DNA of 64,000 nucleotides from Anthoceros angustus (lineage: Eukaryota; Plantae; Anthocerotophyta). The notes beneath the pieces are model-generated. The model worked only from the letters and a program-made list of their open reading frames with translations. It searched no databases and was not told where the DNA came from. The stretch is from the NCBI GenBank assembly GCA_010909165.1, contig MU008167.1:1240001-1304000 (forward strand), read 5' to 3'. Shown piece after piece: positions 24,159 to 36,402 of this stretch. Within the stretch, counting starts at the first letter, position 1. Each line of letters starts with the position of its first letter. The translations under genes were made by a program, and so were the position numbers.

Positions 24159-25291
24159 GTCCTGCCTTCTCTGGTCTGTTCTGCCTTGCCCTTCCTTCCA
24201 CCCTGCCGTCCATCTCTTGATTCTTGACCAAGTCTGAGTGCGTCTTTCCTACAGAACTGATAAGACACTTTTCCAAATGCTCAACTTCAGACTGATAGGC
24301 GGGCGCTCAGGGCTTGATGACAAGTTTTGGGTCTAGAGTTTAGCTTGCACACATGCACTACCATTTAGTTCGAATGATGAATTGCTGTACTATGTACTTG
24401 CTTCAATTTTTTAAATCCCCGGACGTGGGGATGAATCAACTGCGGACTGCGGTGATTGAACTTTGATACCAGAGCGATGACGGGGAAAACCTGACACGAT
24501 AGTGGTGATCGAACTGTTTGTACTTGCGCAAAGCAGAGGTGGAATCGGACACAACACATTCATTAGAAAAACTGACAAGAAGCTAACATCACGAGCTCGT
24601 CTGCCAATCATGTAACTCACGACTGCTCTCAACTGATTGTTCTCGTCTCGGAGAAGAGCCGGACTCTGAGAGACGAGAACAGCCAGCCAGACTCCGAGAG
24701 ACGAGAACAGAATGCGAGGCCGGAGGAACTCAAGCTCGCAACGTGTGGCGCAGAAAACCAATGCCATCCAGTCTACATAAGCACGCAACGTGTTGCATGC
24801 TTTCAGCGATGGCTTCAGCTTCAGCCACGAGCAATACAAGAGCCGAGCAGAGATGTTCTACAAGAGGTTTTTTCTCAACGCATTGAACTACATTCGAATG
24901 TCGAATGGCATGATCTGAACGTTCCCATGGTCTGGAGCTACAGCAGCTCCTAGCACTTCCTACCTACCATAAATAAAGAGTCCTTGGCTAGAGTATACTA
25001 TCTACATCTATCGCACCGGAATGGGAATTATACAAAAGAGATCAGCAGGCCATGTACAGTCTAGAATGTGCCGCACGGCATTCCATTGCTTCGTCGCTCC
25101 CTTCAGATAGAGTCCTCGCCAATGGTCCTTGGGTAGCAGCTGAATCTGAATTGTGGAGACGAGAGAATCGTGACTGACAAATTCATTCCTGGCACAGACT
25201 GAGCGGACATACCATATTTTGCAGGACGAGCTGATGCAGACATAGCCGGGTCAGACGCAAGCTCCAGCTTCCTTCCGGAGGACCATAATTT

Positions 25292-27175
25292 TCACATGAA
25301 AGGAGCTCGGCGCGGATTAGTGGCCTTCCTCCTCATCCCTCTGCGCTCCTCAGCCGGCGGTGTCTGCACAATCTCCTCAGGCTGCTCCACCTCCAAGCGA
25401 GGCAGAGGCGGATCCGCTCCTCTAGACCAAAGCGGCACAGCCAGCACCGAGGTCGGGGAGAAGGCCGGGCTCTTGCCCCGCTTCCCGTGGACAGCGCGGC
25501 GGGGCGAGCCTGGCGATGCCGAGCGGCGGCATCGTCTATCGCTCCCGGATCCGGATCCGGATCCGCCTTCTTCCTCCTCCCGCACCTCCGCATTCCTCTT
25601 TCGCGGAAGCAGCGGCGGCGGGGGCTTCATCGCCTCCCGCCTCTTCCGCACCGTGCCGCGCTGCCGCTCAACCGCCTTCGTCGAATTCGCCAATTTCCGT
25701 TCCCGCTCCATGTCGACAGCGGCGGCAGCCAGAGCACCGGCAGCGGCCTCCGCGGCGGCAGTATCAATGGCAGCATCAAGAGCGGCAGCAGCAGTAGCAC
25801 CCGGTTCAGCAGCAGCAACAGCAACAGCAACAGCAATTTTCTTCTGCGGCATTCTCCTCCTCTTTGCTGCAGGAGCACGCGGAGGCTTGTTTGCAGCGCC
25901 AGCAGCAGCAGCAGCAGGCGGCACCTCCACTTTCACCAGCTCCAGCTCCTCCTCCGACTCCCGGCCTCTTCCTCCCCTCCTGCGGCCGGCATTCTTCTGC
26001 ACAGAAGCGGAGCTAGCGCCGCTGCTGCTCCGCCTCCCGACCTTCATCCGGCTCGCCACCAGCACCCTCCCCGCCGCATCCCGCCTCGGCTCGTGGCTGC
26101 AAGAGTCTCCCCGGGCCGCGACCCCCCGGCATCCTCCTCCTCCCGCACCAGGAGCCTCCGCCCCGGGCTTGAAGAACGTCAGACTGGCGTCATACGGCCT
26201 GTTCCGAATGGCGTCCAGCTTGCACTGCAGCGAGCAGAAGGAGACGCGATGCAAGAACTCCCGCCCGCACATAATGCAGCGCGGCTGATCTCGCGTGTGA
26301 TGGAGCTGCGGCCTGGAATGCAGAAACAGGATCTTGCTGGCGTTGATGTTGTAGATCATGATGTCGTCCACATTCAGGTACCCCTGCACGTCCTGCAGCC
26401 GCACCACATCCTTGTACGAAGCCTTCCTCGTCTGCAGCGTGGCGTGGCCCGCATGAGTCTGCAGCCCGGCGGAGCATAGAGGCCCTTCCACGCAGTCCAA
26501 GCAGAAGTGGTTCCGCTCCGCCCTCCCCCCGACGTGCTTGTTGCACACCCCGAAGTAATCCGGCTTGAGAAAGGCCTCCACCCATCCCGGCCCCTCCCGG
26601 CTCCTATTCCTCCCCGCCATCGCCTCTCCTTCTCCCACTCCCACTCCCGCTCCGCCTCCTCCCTCACCCCGCTCCGGATCACCGCTCGTGCTCGGAGCTC
26701 CCTCCGCCTCACCGCGCATATGCATTAATCCGGCCTCAGGCTCTTGCACCATCCTCCGCATCCGCTTCTCATCCACGTTCGCCGCATTTGGAAGGCTCAC
26801 CGCCTGGGCCACCATATCCTCTTGCGCCTGCGCGTCCATCTTGGCTTCATTCCTCGGGAATGGCAACTTGTGTTGTGGAGGAGACGCAGGCTGAAAAATT
26901 CCCACGACCCGGCCCCGGCCCTGGCCCGACCGATTCCGGCGTTCCGCTTCCGCCTGCCTTATGAGGCTTCTTAGCTCTGGGCTTTGCATGCATGGCGGAG
27001 AGGGAGGCAGCCGCCGGGCTAAAAGGGGCGCGGGCCCACCACGGGCGCAGGATCCCGGGCCGGGCCCGGGCGCGGGACCGGACCAGGACCCGGACCCGAC
27101 CCGGGCGCGGGGGACCACGCCACACTTTGGACATTCCGACTTGGGCCAGGTAAGCTGGGCCACGCTTGCCCGCAT
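25292..27175 (-). CDS. PLATZ zinc-dependent DNA-binding transcription factor, intronless, long Ala/Gly/Arg-rich low-complexity tail; start ambiguous
   Basis: W-x-x-x-FL...CNKH-x10-CLDC-x5-CSAG-x3-HAGH, TRKASYKDVVR, YNINASKILFL and CIMC-x10-CSLQC, ending RRKATNPRRAPFM (compare the conserved PLATZ RRKGIPHRAP). All in one open frame. Confidence 0.88.
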   Translation of the reverse strand: MRASVAQLTWPKSECPKCGVVPRARVGSGSWSGPAPGPGPGSCARGGPAPLLARRLPPSPPCMQSPELRSLIRQAEAERRNRSGQGRGRVVGIFQPASPPQHKLPFPRNEAKMDAQAQEDMVAQAVSLPNAANVDEKRMRRMVQEPEAGLMHMRGEAEGAPSTSGDPERGEGGGGAGVGVGEGEAMAGRNRSREGPGWVEAFLKPDYFGVCNKHVGGRAERNHFCLDCVEGPLCSAGLQTHAGHATLQTRKASYKDVVRLQDVQGYLNVDDIMIYNINASKILFLHSRPQLHHTRDQPRCIMCGREFLHRVSFCSLQCKLDAIRNRPYDASLTFFKPGAEAPGAGGGGCRGVAARGDSCSHEPRRDAAGRVLVASRMKVGRRSSSGASSASVQKNAGRRRGGRGRESEEELELVKVEVPPAAAAAGAANKPPRAPAAKRRRMPQKKIAVAVAVAAAEPGATAAAALDAAIDTAAAEAAAGALAAAAVDMERERKLANSTKAVERQRGTVRKRREAMKPPPPLLPRKRNAEVREEEEGGSGSGSGSDRRCRRSASPGSPRRAVHGKRGKSPAFSPTSVLAVPLWSRGADPPLPRLEVEQPEEIVQTPPAEERRGMRRKATNPRRAPFM

Positions 27176-28342
27176 GCCACCAGGCGCCGCGTGGTCGGAG
27201 TGGGCCTTCCTTGCAGTGTCGCGTACCGCCTACGCTTCCAGTTAACTGCCACTTCGGGGCCAGTTGCTCCTCTTTTTATTCGCGCCTCTCTCGGAGCCTG
27301 CCTCGGCACGCTGCCGCCACCCGGGGCTTCCGCCGCTTGCATGTTTCTCCTTCTCGCATTCTTCTTGGACCAACTGTGGATCGGACCAGTTCGACGGCCG
27401 GTTTCAGATCAGGGTTTGAAAGGCAAAGAACTTCTCTCCACGGCTTCGGCCGCGGGATCGGGTCGGGTTGCTCCATAGCTGTGCGCAGTAGGAGGACTCA
27501 ATCGGCAGCTTCAGACAGAGCTGAGTGGCCCTGACATCCTCAGCGGCTCTAACTTTCTAGCAGCTTCCCGAAGTAACCTTTGGAAGGAGTCTTGTGCACA
27601 TATTCATTCCGGTTGGAAACACGAGCTTTTGTATAGATTTTGTTTACCGATGTGTTCTTGTTCATCCTCGATTGGAGCCTATCAATCGTGAAAGTTACGA
27701 TGCTAATATCGTCGGCATTGTATGCCTTTATCGATTGTATGCTTGCGCCTGTATGTATTGGGATTGGACTGTGGCATATGGAATATGGAATATGGATGGA
27801 TTGGAAGGTCCAGCGCATTCTCCAGTTTCGTGTCTAGCCATGGCAGGCTCCGTTTCCGGAAGGAGAGTATTTGAGCGTCGCTCCATTCGTGGAAGGTAAG
27901 CATGCGAGCGTGGATTTCTCTGGACCTGATTGGCAATACATTCCCTCGCAACCTTCTCGTTATGAAGCTTCAGGCTGGCAGACCGTGATGTCGAACACGC
28001 GTCACGATCACATCACCACTGCTGAAGGGTCATCTTCAGTCAGAAACTGTGGCAGTTGAGGCTCACTGCGGAATCGTCTTACCATGGCTGCATTGTTATC
28101 TTATGAAGGATGATAGCAAACTTTAATGTCTCTTCTTCCAAGCTTGATGGAAGTCCAGGCCGTTGGGAACAGCTGTTTCTACAGGGGCTGGCTGGCTCCT
28201 ACTTCGCCGTTTCGGTACAATTTCCGTTCACACGGCGATACAGGAGAACAGGGTAGGAATAATTCACCTACCTAATGAGCTTTGGTATTCTCAGCTGCTT
28301 CAACAAGTAGCAGCCGCATCCTGCGGCCATACCCTTTGCTCG

Positions 28343-29866
<1,524 letters not shown>

Positions 29867-31299
29867 TTCCGCAAGCTCTCACTCTCTCATCGGAGCTGAT
29901 GCATATATATTGTAGCGAGCAGGCGCATTGCCGCCCGCCAGGACAAGGTTGTGAAGGTCATCCAGTTTGCAAACGAGTTGAGCTTCTGACTACATATATA
30001 TGCACGAGATACGATCCAAATCCCGGTCACGTGGCCCGCCATAACGGAACGGCCCGAGATTCGAGGCTCGTCAGCTTGACAGTTTAGCTGGTTGTTTCCA
30101 CCCACCCAGCTGGCGTGTTTTGAATATTTATCAGCGTTAACTCTTGGTAAGTTGCTAATATGGAATGGAAACGTGGAGAATATGTACTTAAGAAAGATAT
30201 AAACATCCTTAATCTTATTAATATACTATCTATAATAATCAATCATATTTTTTATTCTATCCATATTTACATAGAATAGAAAAATATTATTTTAAATATA
30301 ATATTTATAATTTAGTGTAAATTTTCCATCATCATTAGAGAATTCATGGAGTTCTCAACTTTTTGTGCCACCGGTTTCATATAAATCCAAACTTTTTGTG
30401 CCGCAGGTTTTATATAGCTTTTGTGTTAGGTGGAAGAATTCGCTCGAGGGAATACAGCATTTCGTCTCCGCAGTGTGCGGGGCCGCCAGTTGTTAGTGGC
30501 CTATGGAGTTGTTTCATATTCAAAAAACTCTTCGTGCGAGGCTTCGATGTCGATGTATCTATACTTCGAAATATCTATATATAGTAGTTCTCTGAAGAAA
30601 AATATGGTCCGGCCCGTAGCATGTCCTACAATGTAAATCAGCCCAAGTACCCACCAAGCTTCCTCTCTAAATTTGAGTTCCTAATCCTTTGGACAAGGAC
30701 TAGGTACCCAGATTTACCTCTCCTCCCCTTCTCTTCCTCCCTTCATTCCCTTCCCTCCTCCTCTTTCGATATTTATTATACAATTGAAGGTAGTACAAGG
30801 GAGTGCTACCAAAAGCATCTCTCTATGTAGCACAGGAGGGCACGCTGGTTTCCAGAGCGTGAGACTTGCGGCGTGTAACAAATTCATTTATCTATCTATC
30901 TATATATCTTGTATCTAAAAGAGTACTAGTCCAAGTACATATGTACATGCAAAGTTCATTATAGATAGAATGATTTTTTCACATATATTATATTATAATT
31001 AATGTGATTAACTCGTACATAGTGCTACAAGTCACAAACTCGTGGATTTTGCAAAACAGAAGAGGAAGGACTACAAACCTAGGTCCAATCAAATGCAAGT
31101 TTTGGTTGTTTATTTGTTTTAGGGTGGATGGGTTTTTCCCATCTCTTTTTTTATAATAAAATCTTCTTTTCTGTTGTTTATCCTCAATAATATATGTAAG
31201 ACAACTTGGAGCAATTTCTTGACTCTCGGGATGTTTCTTATCCAATACCACCAAAAAAAATTATGCACCAGCCCATCTAGGTCTATGCACCAGCTCTAA

Positions 31300-34200
31300 C
31301 ATAGCTGTTCCCAAGTCCATCTGGTCTGTCCACCAGCGCTAAACTGGCTGTTTTAAACAGAGCAGGCTGTTGAGTGATGTCTGCTGGTAATGAGGGCCGT
31401 GCACACAACCATTGGTAGATAGCCAGATTTGGGAAGTAAAGTGGCGCCTGAAGAACTGGTGGACAAGTGGTATGCCCAGCAAGGGCTTGTGCAACAGGTT
31501 CTTGGTTCGAAACGGGCAAGTGGAGGAGGAGGGCCTGATCATGGCTCACCGTATTACTTCGTATTACTGTATGCCTTCTCATTGCCTGAGCCCGCTGGTT
31601 GCTTACAGAAGGGCAGGCAGATGCACTCACAGATGATGGGAAAAGGGCTGCTAGATGCCCAACTGATTGTTGACACCTGCCTGGTGGCATGCAGGCAAAA
31701 TGAAGTTAACTGGAATAGGCACGCTGGGATTTTGATGGCTTGGCCACAAAGTATGTGGAAGGTGAAGGTGAAGTGCTGGAAAGGGCAGCTGCTGAAAAGT
31801 CCAAGTAGGAGCCGCCGGCCACTCCTACTGCAGTGCCCCTGGCTGGATTCAACACACCCTACAATTGCCTATGTTCACCCGGCCTGGGCCAAATCAGGAT
31901 GATGCACAAGGTGTGGGCACGCCATCTTTGAAGACCGCGGGGAAGTGGATTCATGAGCTTATTAGAGAGTGAGGACGTGAAGGGGATGTGTTTGTGGAGA
32001 ACGAATTGGTGAGCATGTATGCCGAGTGTGGCAGCTTAGAAGAAGCTCAGAGAGTGTTGGACGGGCTTGCTGAGAAAGACGAGGTCACATGGACTGCCAT
32101 GGTAGCAAGATATTCCCAACAGGGCGTCTGCAAGTGTAGAGCAGGCAGCTTCAAGTGCGGACTAGAGAACGAGGTCATGAAGGGATGTGCTTAGTTGTTG
32201 CCATCAGTTTGGTGCACATGTATGCGAAGTCTGGCAGCTTGGAAGAAGTCCGCAGAGTATTTGACGGACCATGTCAGAAAGATGTCAGGGCCATGCAAGA
32301 GGAAGGGGGACTGCAGTCACTTCTGTGAAATACGTGTTCCTCCTTCAAGCTTATGCAAGTGTGGGCACCAGGTTTGGAGAAGGAAAGCAGATTCATCACA
32401 GGCGGGCTTTATGAAGAGCACCAATTTCGGGGTGATGCCCTTGTAGCCAACAGTTTGGGAAACATGTACACAAAGTACCACAGCTTAGAAGATGCGTCTG
32501 CCCTCTTTGATGGACATCGTGAATAAATGTGGTGATGTAAAAATGATCATAGCGGGCTATTCCCTGTATGGCATGGGACAGGAGGCCCTTCGGTGTTTAC
32601 AGGCCCTCATGTTCAGGCAAAACTAGGCTACAGCCATGTCTTGCTTTCTTGCGCCGTTGCATTTTTCATGCATCACCTCTCTGCTGCCTACCTTGGAGGG
32701 CACACTCCCAAATGCTGCACAACCAGGCAAATGTAGCCAGATTTGGGAAGTAAAGTGGCGCCTGAAGAACTGGTGGACAAGTGGTATGCCCAGCAAGGGC
32801 TTGTGCAACAGGTTCTTGGTTCGAAACGGGCAAGTGGAGGAGGAGGGCCTGATCATGGCTCACCGTATTACTTCGTATTACTGTATGCCTTCTCATTGCC
32901 TGAGCCCGCTGGTTGCTTACAGAAGGGCAGGCAGATGCACTCACAGATGATGGGAAAAGGGCTGCTAGATGCCCAACTGATTGTTGACACCTGCCTGGTG
33001 GCATGCAGGCAAAATGAAGTTAACTGGAATAGGCACGCTGGGATTTTGATGGCTTGGCCACAAAGTATGTGGAAGGTGAAGGTGAAGTGCTGGAAAGGAG
33101 CAGCTGCTGAAAAGTCCCAAGTAGGAGCCGCCGGCCACTCCTACTGCAGTGCCCCCGGCTGGATTCAACACACCCTACAATTGCCTATGTTCACCCGGCC
33201 TGGGCCAAATCAGGATGATGCACAAGGTGTGGGCACGCCATCTTTGAAGACCGCGGGGAAGTGGATTCATGAGCTTATTAGAGAGTGAGGACGTGAAGGG
33301 GATGTGTTTGTGGAGAACGAATTGGTGAGCATGTATGCCGAGTGTGGCAGCTTAGAAGAAGCTCAGAGAGTGTTGGACGGGCTTGCTGAGAAAGACGAGG
33401 TCACATGGACTGCCATGGTAGCAAGATATTCCCAACAGGGCGTCTGCAAGTGTAGAGCAGGCAGCTTCAAGTGCGGACTAGAGAACGAGGTCATGAAGGG
33501 ATGTGCTTAGTTGTTGCCATCAGTTTGGTGCACATGTATGCGAAGTCTGGCAGCTTGGAAGAAGTCCGCAGAGTATTTGACGGACCATGTCAGAAAGATG
33601 TCAGGGCCATGCAAGAGGAAGGGGGGACTGCAGTCACTTCTGTGAAATACGTGTTCCTCCTTCAAGCTTATGCAAGTGTGGGCACTCCAGGTTTGGAGAA
33701 GGGAAAGCAGATTCATCACAGGCGGGCTTTATGAAGAGCACCAATTTCGGGGTGATGCCCTTGTAGCCAACAGTTTGGGAAACATGTACACAAAGTACCA
33801 CAGCTTAGAAGATGCGTCTGCCCTCTTTGATGGACATCGTGAATAAATGTGGTGATGTAAAAAATGATCATAGCGGGCTATTCCCTGTATGGCATGGGAC
33901 AGGAGGCCCTTCGGTGTTTACAGGCCCTCATGTTCAGGCAAAACTAGGCTACAGCCATGTCTTGCTTTCTTGCGCCGTTGCATTTTTTTCATGCATCACC
34001 TCTCTCTGCTGCCTACCTTGGAGGGCACACTCCCCAAATGCTGCACAACCAGGCAAATGTAGCCGAATCTGAGGTTGCAGAAGTACGAGATGTGTAATTC
34101 TGCAGGGGAGCTTCTCAGGAAGAAAATGGCCGGTTTTACATGCGCCAGCCACCCCCTAGGGTGCACTACCACTAGTTGGTACAGGAACGTACATGCTGGT

Positions 34201-36030
34201 ACAAATGTATCCTGCTTAATTGTCTCACAGCAGATGAGAGTTTCCCTCGCCTCTACCTTGTAGCAACCGACATAGACTCTCAAAATTTTCACCATGATTG
34301 CTTCTCCTTGTAAGATGACTATAAAATCTGTGTCCCTCAGGAAACCTCTTGGAAGCTTTGAGGGAAATCTAGGTGCAGTAGTTGAGCTGCCAGGCTGCCA
34401 TAACAGGATGTGGTTGTGACGGGAACGTTTCTGGCTTCATGTGGCAAATTATCCCACATTGGGGAACTCAGTAGCGTGCACAGAATCCGCTATCATATTA
34501 GCCGTTCTCTGGCCGGTGGCGGCAGATAGAGGAGTCTTGGCTTGTGTCCCGGACTTTCTTTCTTTTCCTATCAAGTCCAATTTTGGAATGGGGCCAACTT
34601 GCAAAAGTCGGCACTACACCACCAGTTCCAAGCAGCGTTGAAAGTGCGAATGTTTCCACGCATTCTATCCCGATCACCATGTTGATTTGCGTCAGACGGG
34701 AGTTGCCGGCGTCTGCCGAGCGTTGGCTTGTGATCTTCCAGAGTTTTTGCTCATGTTAAATATGGACTTGCAAGACAAGCAGGCCTTCCAACTGCACAGC
34801 CGGGTACGCAGCTCAAAGTGTAAAGACAGCTGGCCGTGTGTTTGCGGCAGCTCTTGTTTGAAATGGGAAAATGGAGCAGGAGGGCCTGCCCGTGGCCCCT
34901 TTGGCTTTCTCATGGCCTGTGCAAGCGTTTGTTCTTTGAAGAAGAGCAGGCAGATGCACTGACAGATTATGGGAAGAGGACTGCTAGATGGCGCACTGGT
35001 TGCCACCTGCCCGCTGTAGATGTTTACAAAATGCGGTGAAGTGGAAGAGGCACGCCGGGATTTTAACAGCTTGCCCACGAAAGCCGTGGAAGCCGATGCT
35101 GCAAGCAAGGAGCAGGTGCTGAAGAGACCCAAGGAGGAGCTGCCGGCCCTTTCTGCTGCAGCGCTCTCGGCTGGATCCAACATACCTTGAAAATGACGGA
35201 CTATGTCAGAACCAAATCCGGGCCATGCAAGAGGAAGGCGAGGATTGTACTCACTTCTGTGACGTATGTGCTCTTCCTGCAAGCTTATGCAAGTGTGGGA
35301 CAGGCTGCAGCCGTGTCTTGCCTTCTTGCGCAGTTGCATGTTTTTGTATTTTCCTGCGTTGTTATATGTAGCTGCTCTCTCTGCTGCCTGCCTTGGGGGC
35401 ACACCCCTAAATGCTGCACACAACCAGGAGCATCTGAGCTTCCTTGTAGCAAGCAACGCAGACCCTCAAAATTTCCACAATGACTGTTTCTCTTGTAAGA
35501 TGACCATAATGTGCAAATCCTGTGTCCCTCAGGAAACTTAAAAGAGTCACTCCTTCCAAGCTTTGTGAGAACGCCAGGTACGGTAGTTATGCTACCAGTT
35601 CAGACAGGTCCATCGCGTCGTTCCAGACTTCATGCACATTAGGGAACTGAGTAGCGTGCACACTCTCCGCTATCATATAGCCGATGCTCTGGTCGAAATT
35701 TGTGGAAGAACGATTCTAGGAACATCCCTTGAACGTTCTCCCAGTGCTGATGATGAGTTTGGAACGGGGCCAAGTTGCCAAAGTCGGTCCTACACCACAA
35801 ATTCTAAGCAGCATAAAGAGTGCGGATGTTTCCAGGTCTCTTGATTGCATGAGACGTTTGTTGTTTGCTGATGCCGAGTTCCGATCCGTTTGTACACGTT
35901 GCTTGGCCAGGTTCAACCACCAAATTTTCGCTCACCTGGAGCGGCCGTTACAGTTGTCGAAGGAGTCCAACCCCGTGCATAGCAGACAGGGCAGAGCGGT
36001 GAGAAAAAAGAAATGACTACGGTGCAGGGA
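31300..36030 (+). pseudogene. Degenerate PLS-class pentatricopeptide-repeat (PPR) pseudogene cluster
   Basis: Fragments LVSMYAECGSLEEAQRVLDGLAEKDEVTWTAMVARYSQQG, LVHMYAKSGSLEEVRRVFDG, VTYVLFLQAYASVG and MFTKCGEVEEARRDFNSLP, broken by many stops and frameshifts. Confidence 0.88.
31420..34064 (+). repeat. ~1.31-kb tandem duplication (units 31420-32733 and 32734-~34064)
   Basis: tagccagatttgggaag recurs 1314 nt apart; the units differ mostly by 1-2 nt indels. Confidence 0.92.
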
Positions 36031-36402
36031 TCCTATTGCAAGGACCCTTGTGGCTGAGGCCATGTCGAGGTTCCAGTCCTGGACCGTAAAGGGTTGAGAA
36101 GGTCACTCTTGGTCTTCAAACTCAGGGACTGTTCTTCCATTCCTCGCACAGTGGTTATAACTTCCAATTGCGACGAGCAGGATTGATCGCAGCGAGGGAC
36201 GGGTAGGAAGCGAAGGCACAAGCATCTGCCTTGAGCCATCCTTTGCCTGAGGGATTCCGGGATTCGCAGTGGGAGCGCTCGGAGATTGTCGGGTTTGTGC
36301 AATTCAGTAGTGGGAGCTTCACGACCTGGCGCTGCAGCTAGCAAGGACGCTTTCTGGGGGGCGCTGCGGGGTCTGTCGGTCCTTGAGGTCGTGAGCTTAG
36401 GG

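Noticed and set aside
24365-24900. 142-aa minus-strand ORF between WD40 and PLATZ
   Set aside because: No domain similarity or codon signal; lies between two convergent 3' ends.
25296-26479. Two 330-aa plus-strand ORFs opposite PLATZ
   Set aside because: Antisense shadows of a GC-rich coding region; low-complexity translations with no recognisable domain.
27381-27389. tcggaccag resembling the start of miR165/166
   Set aside because: Only 9 nt match, and no complementary hairpin arm was found.
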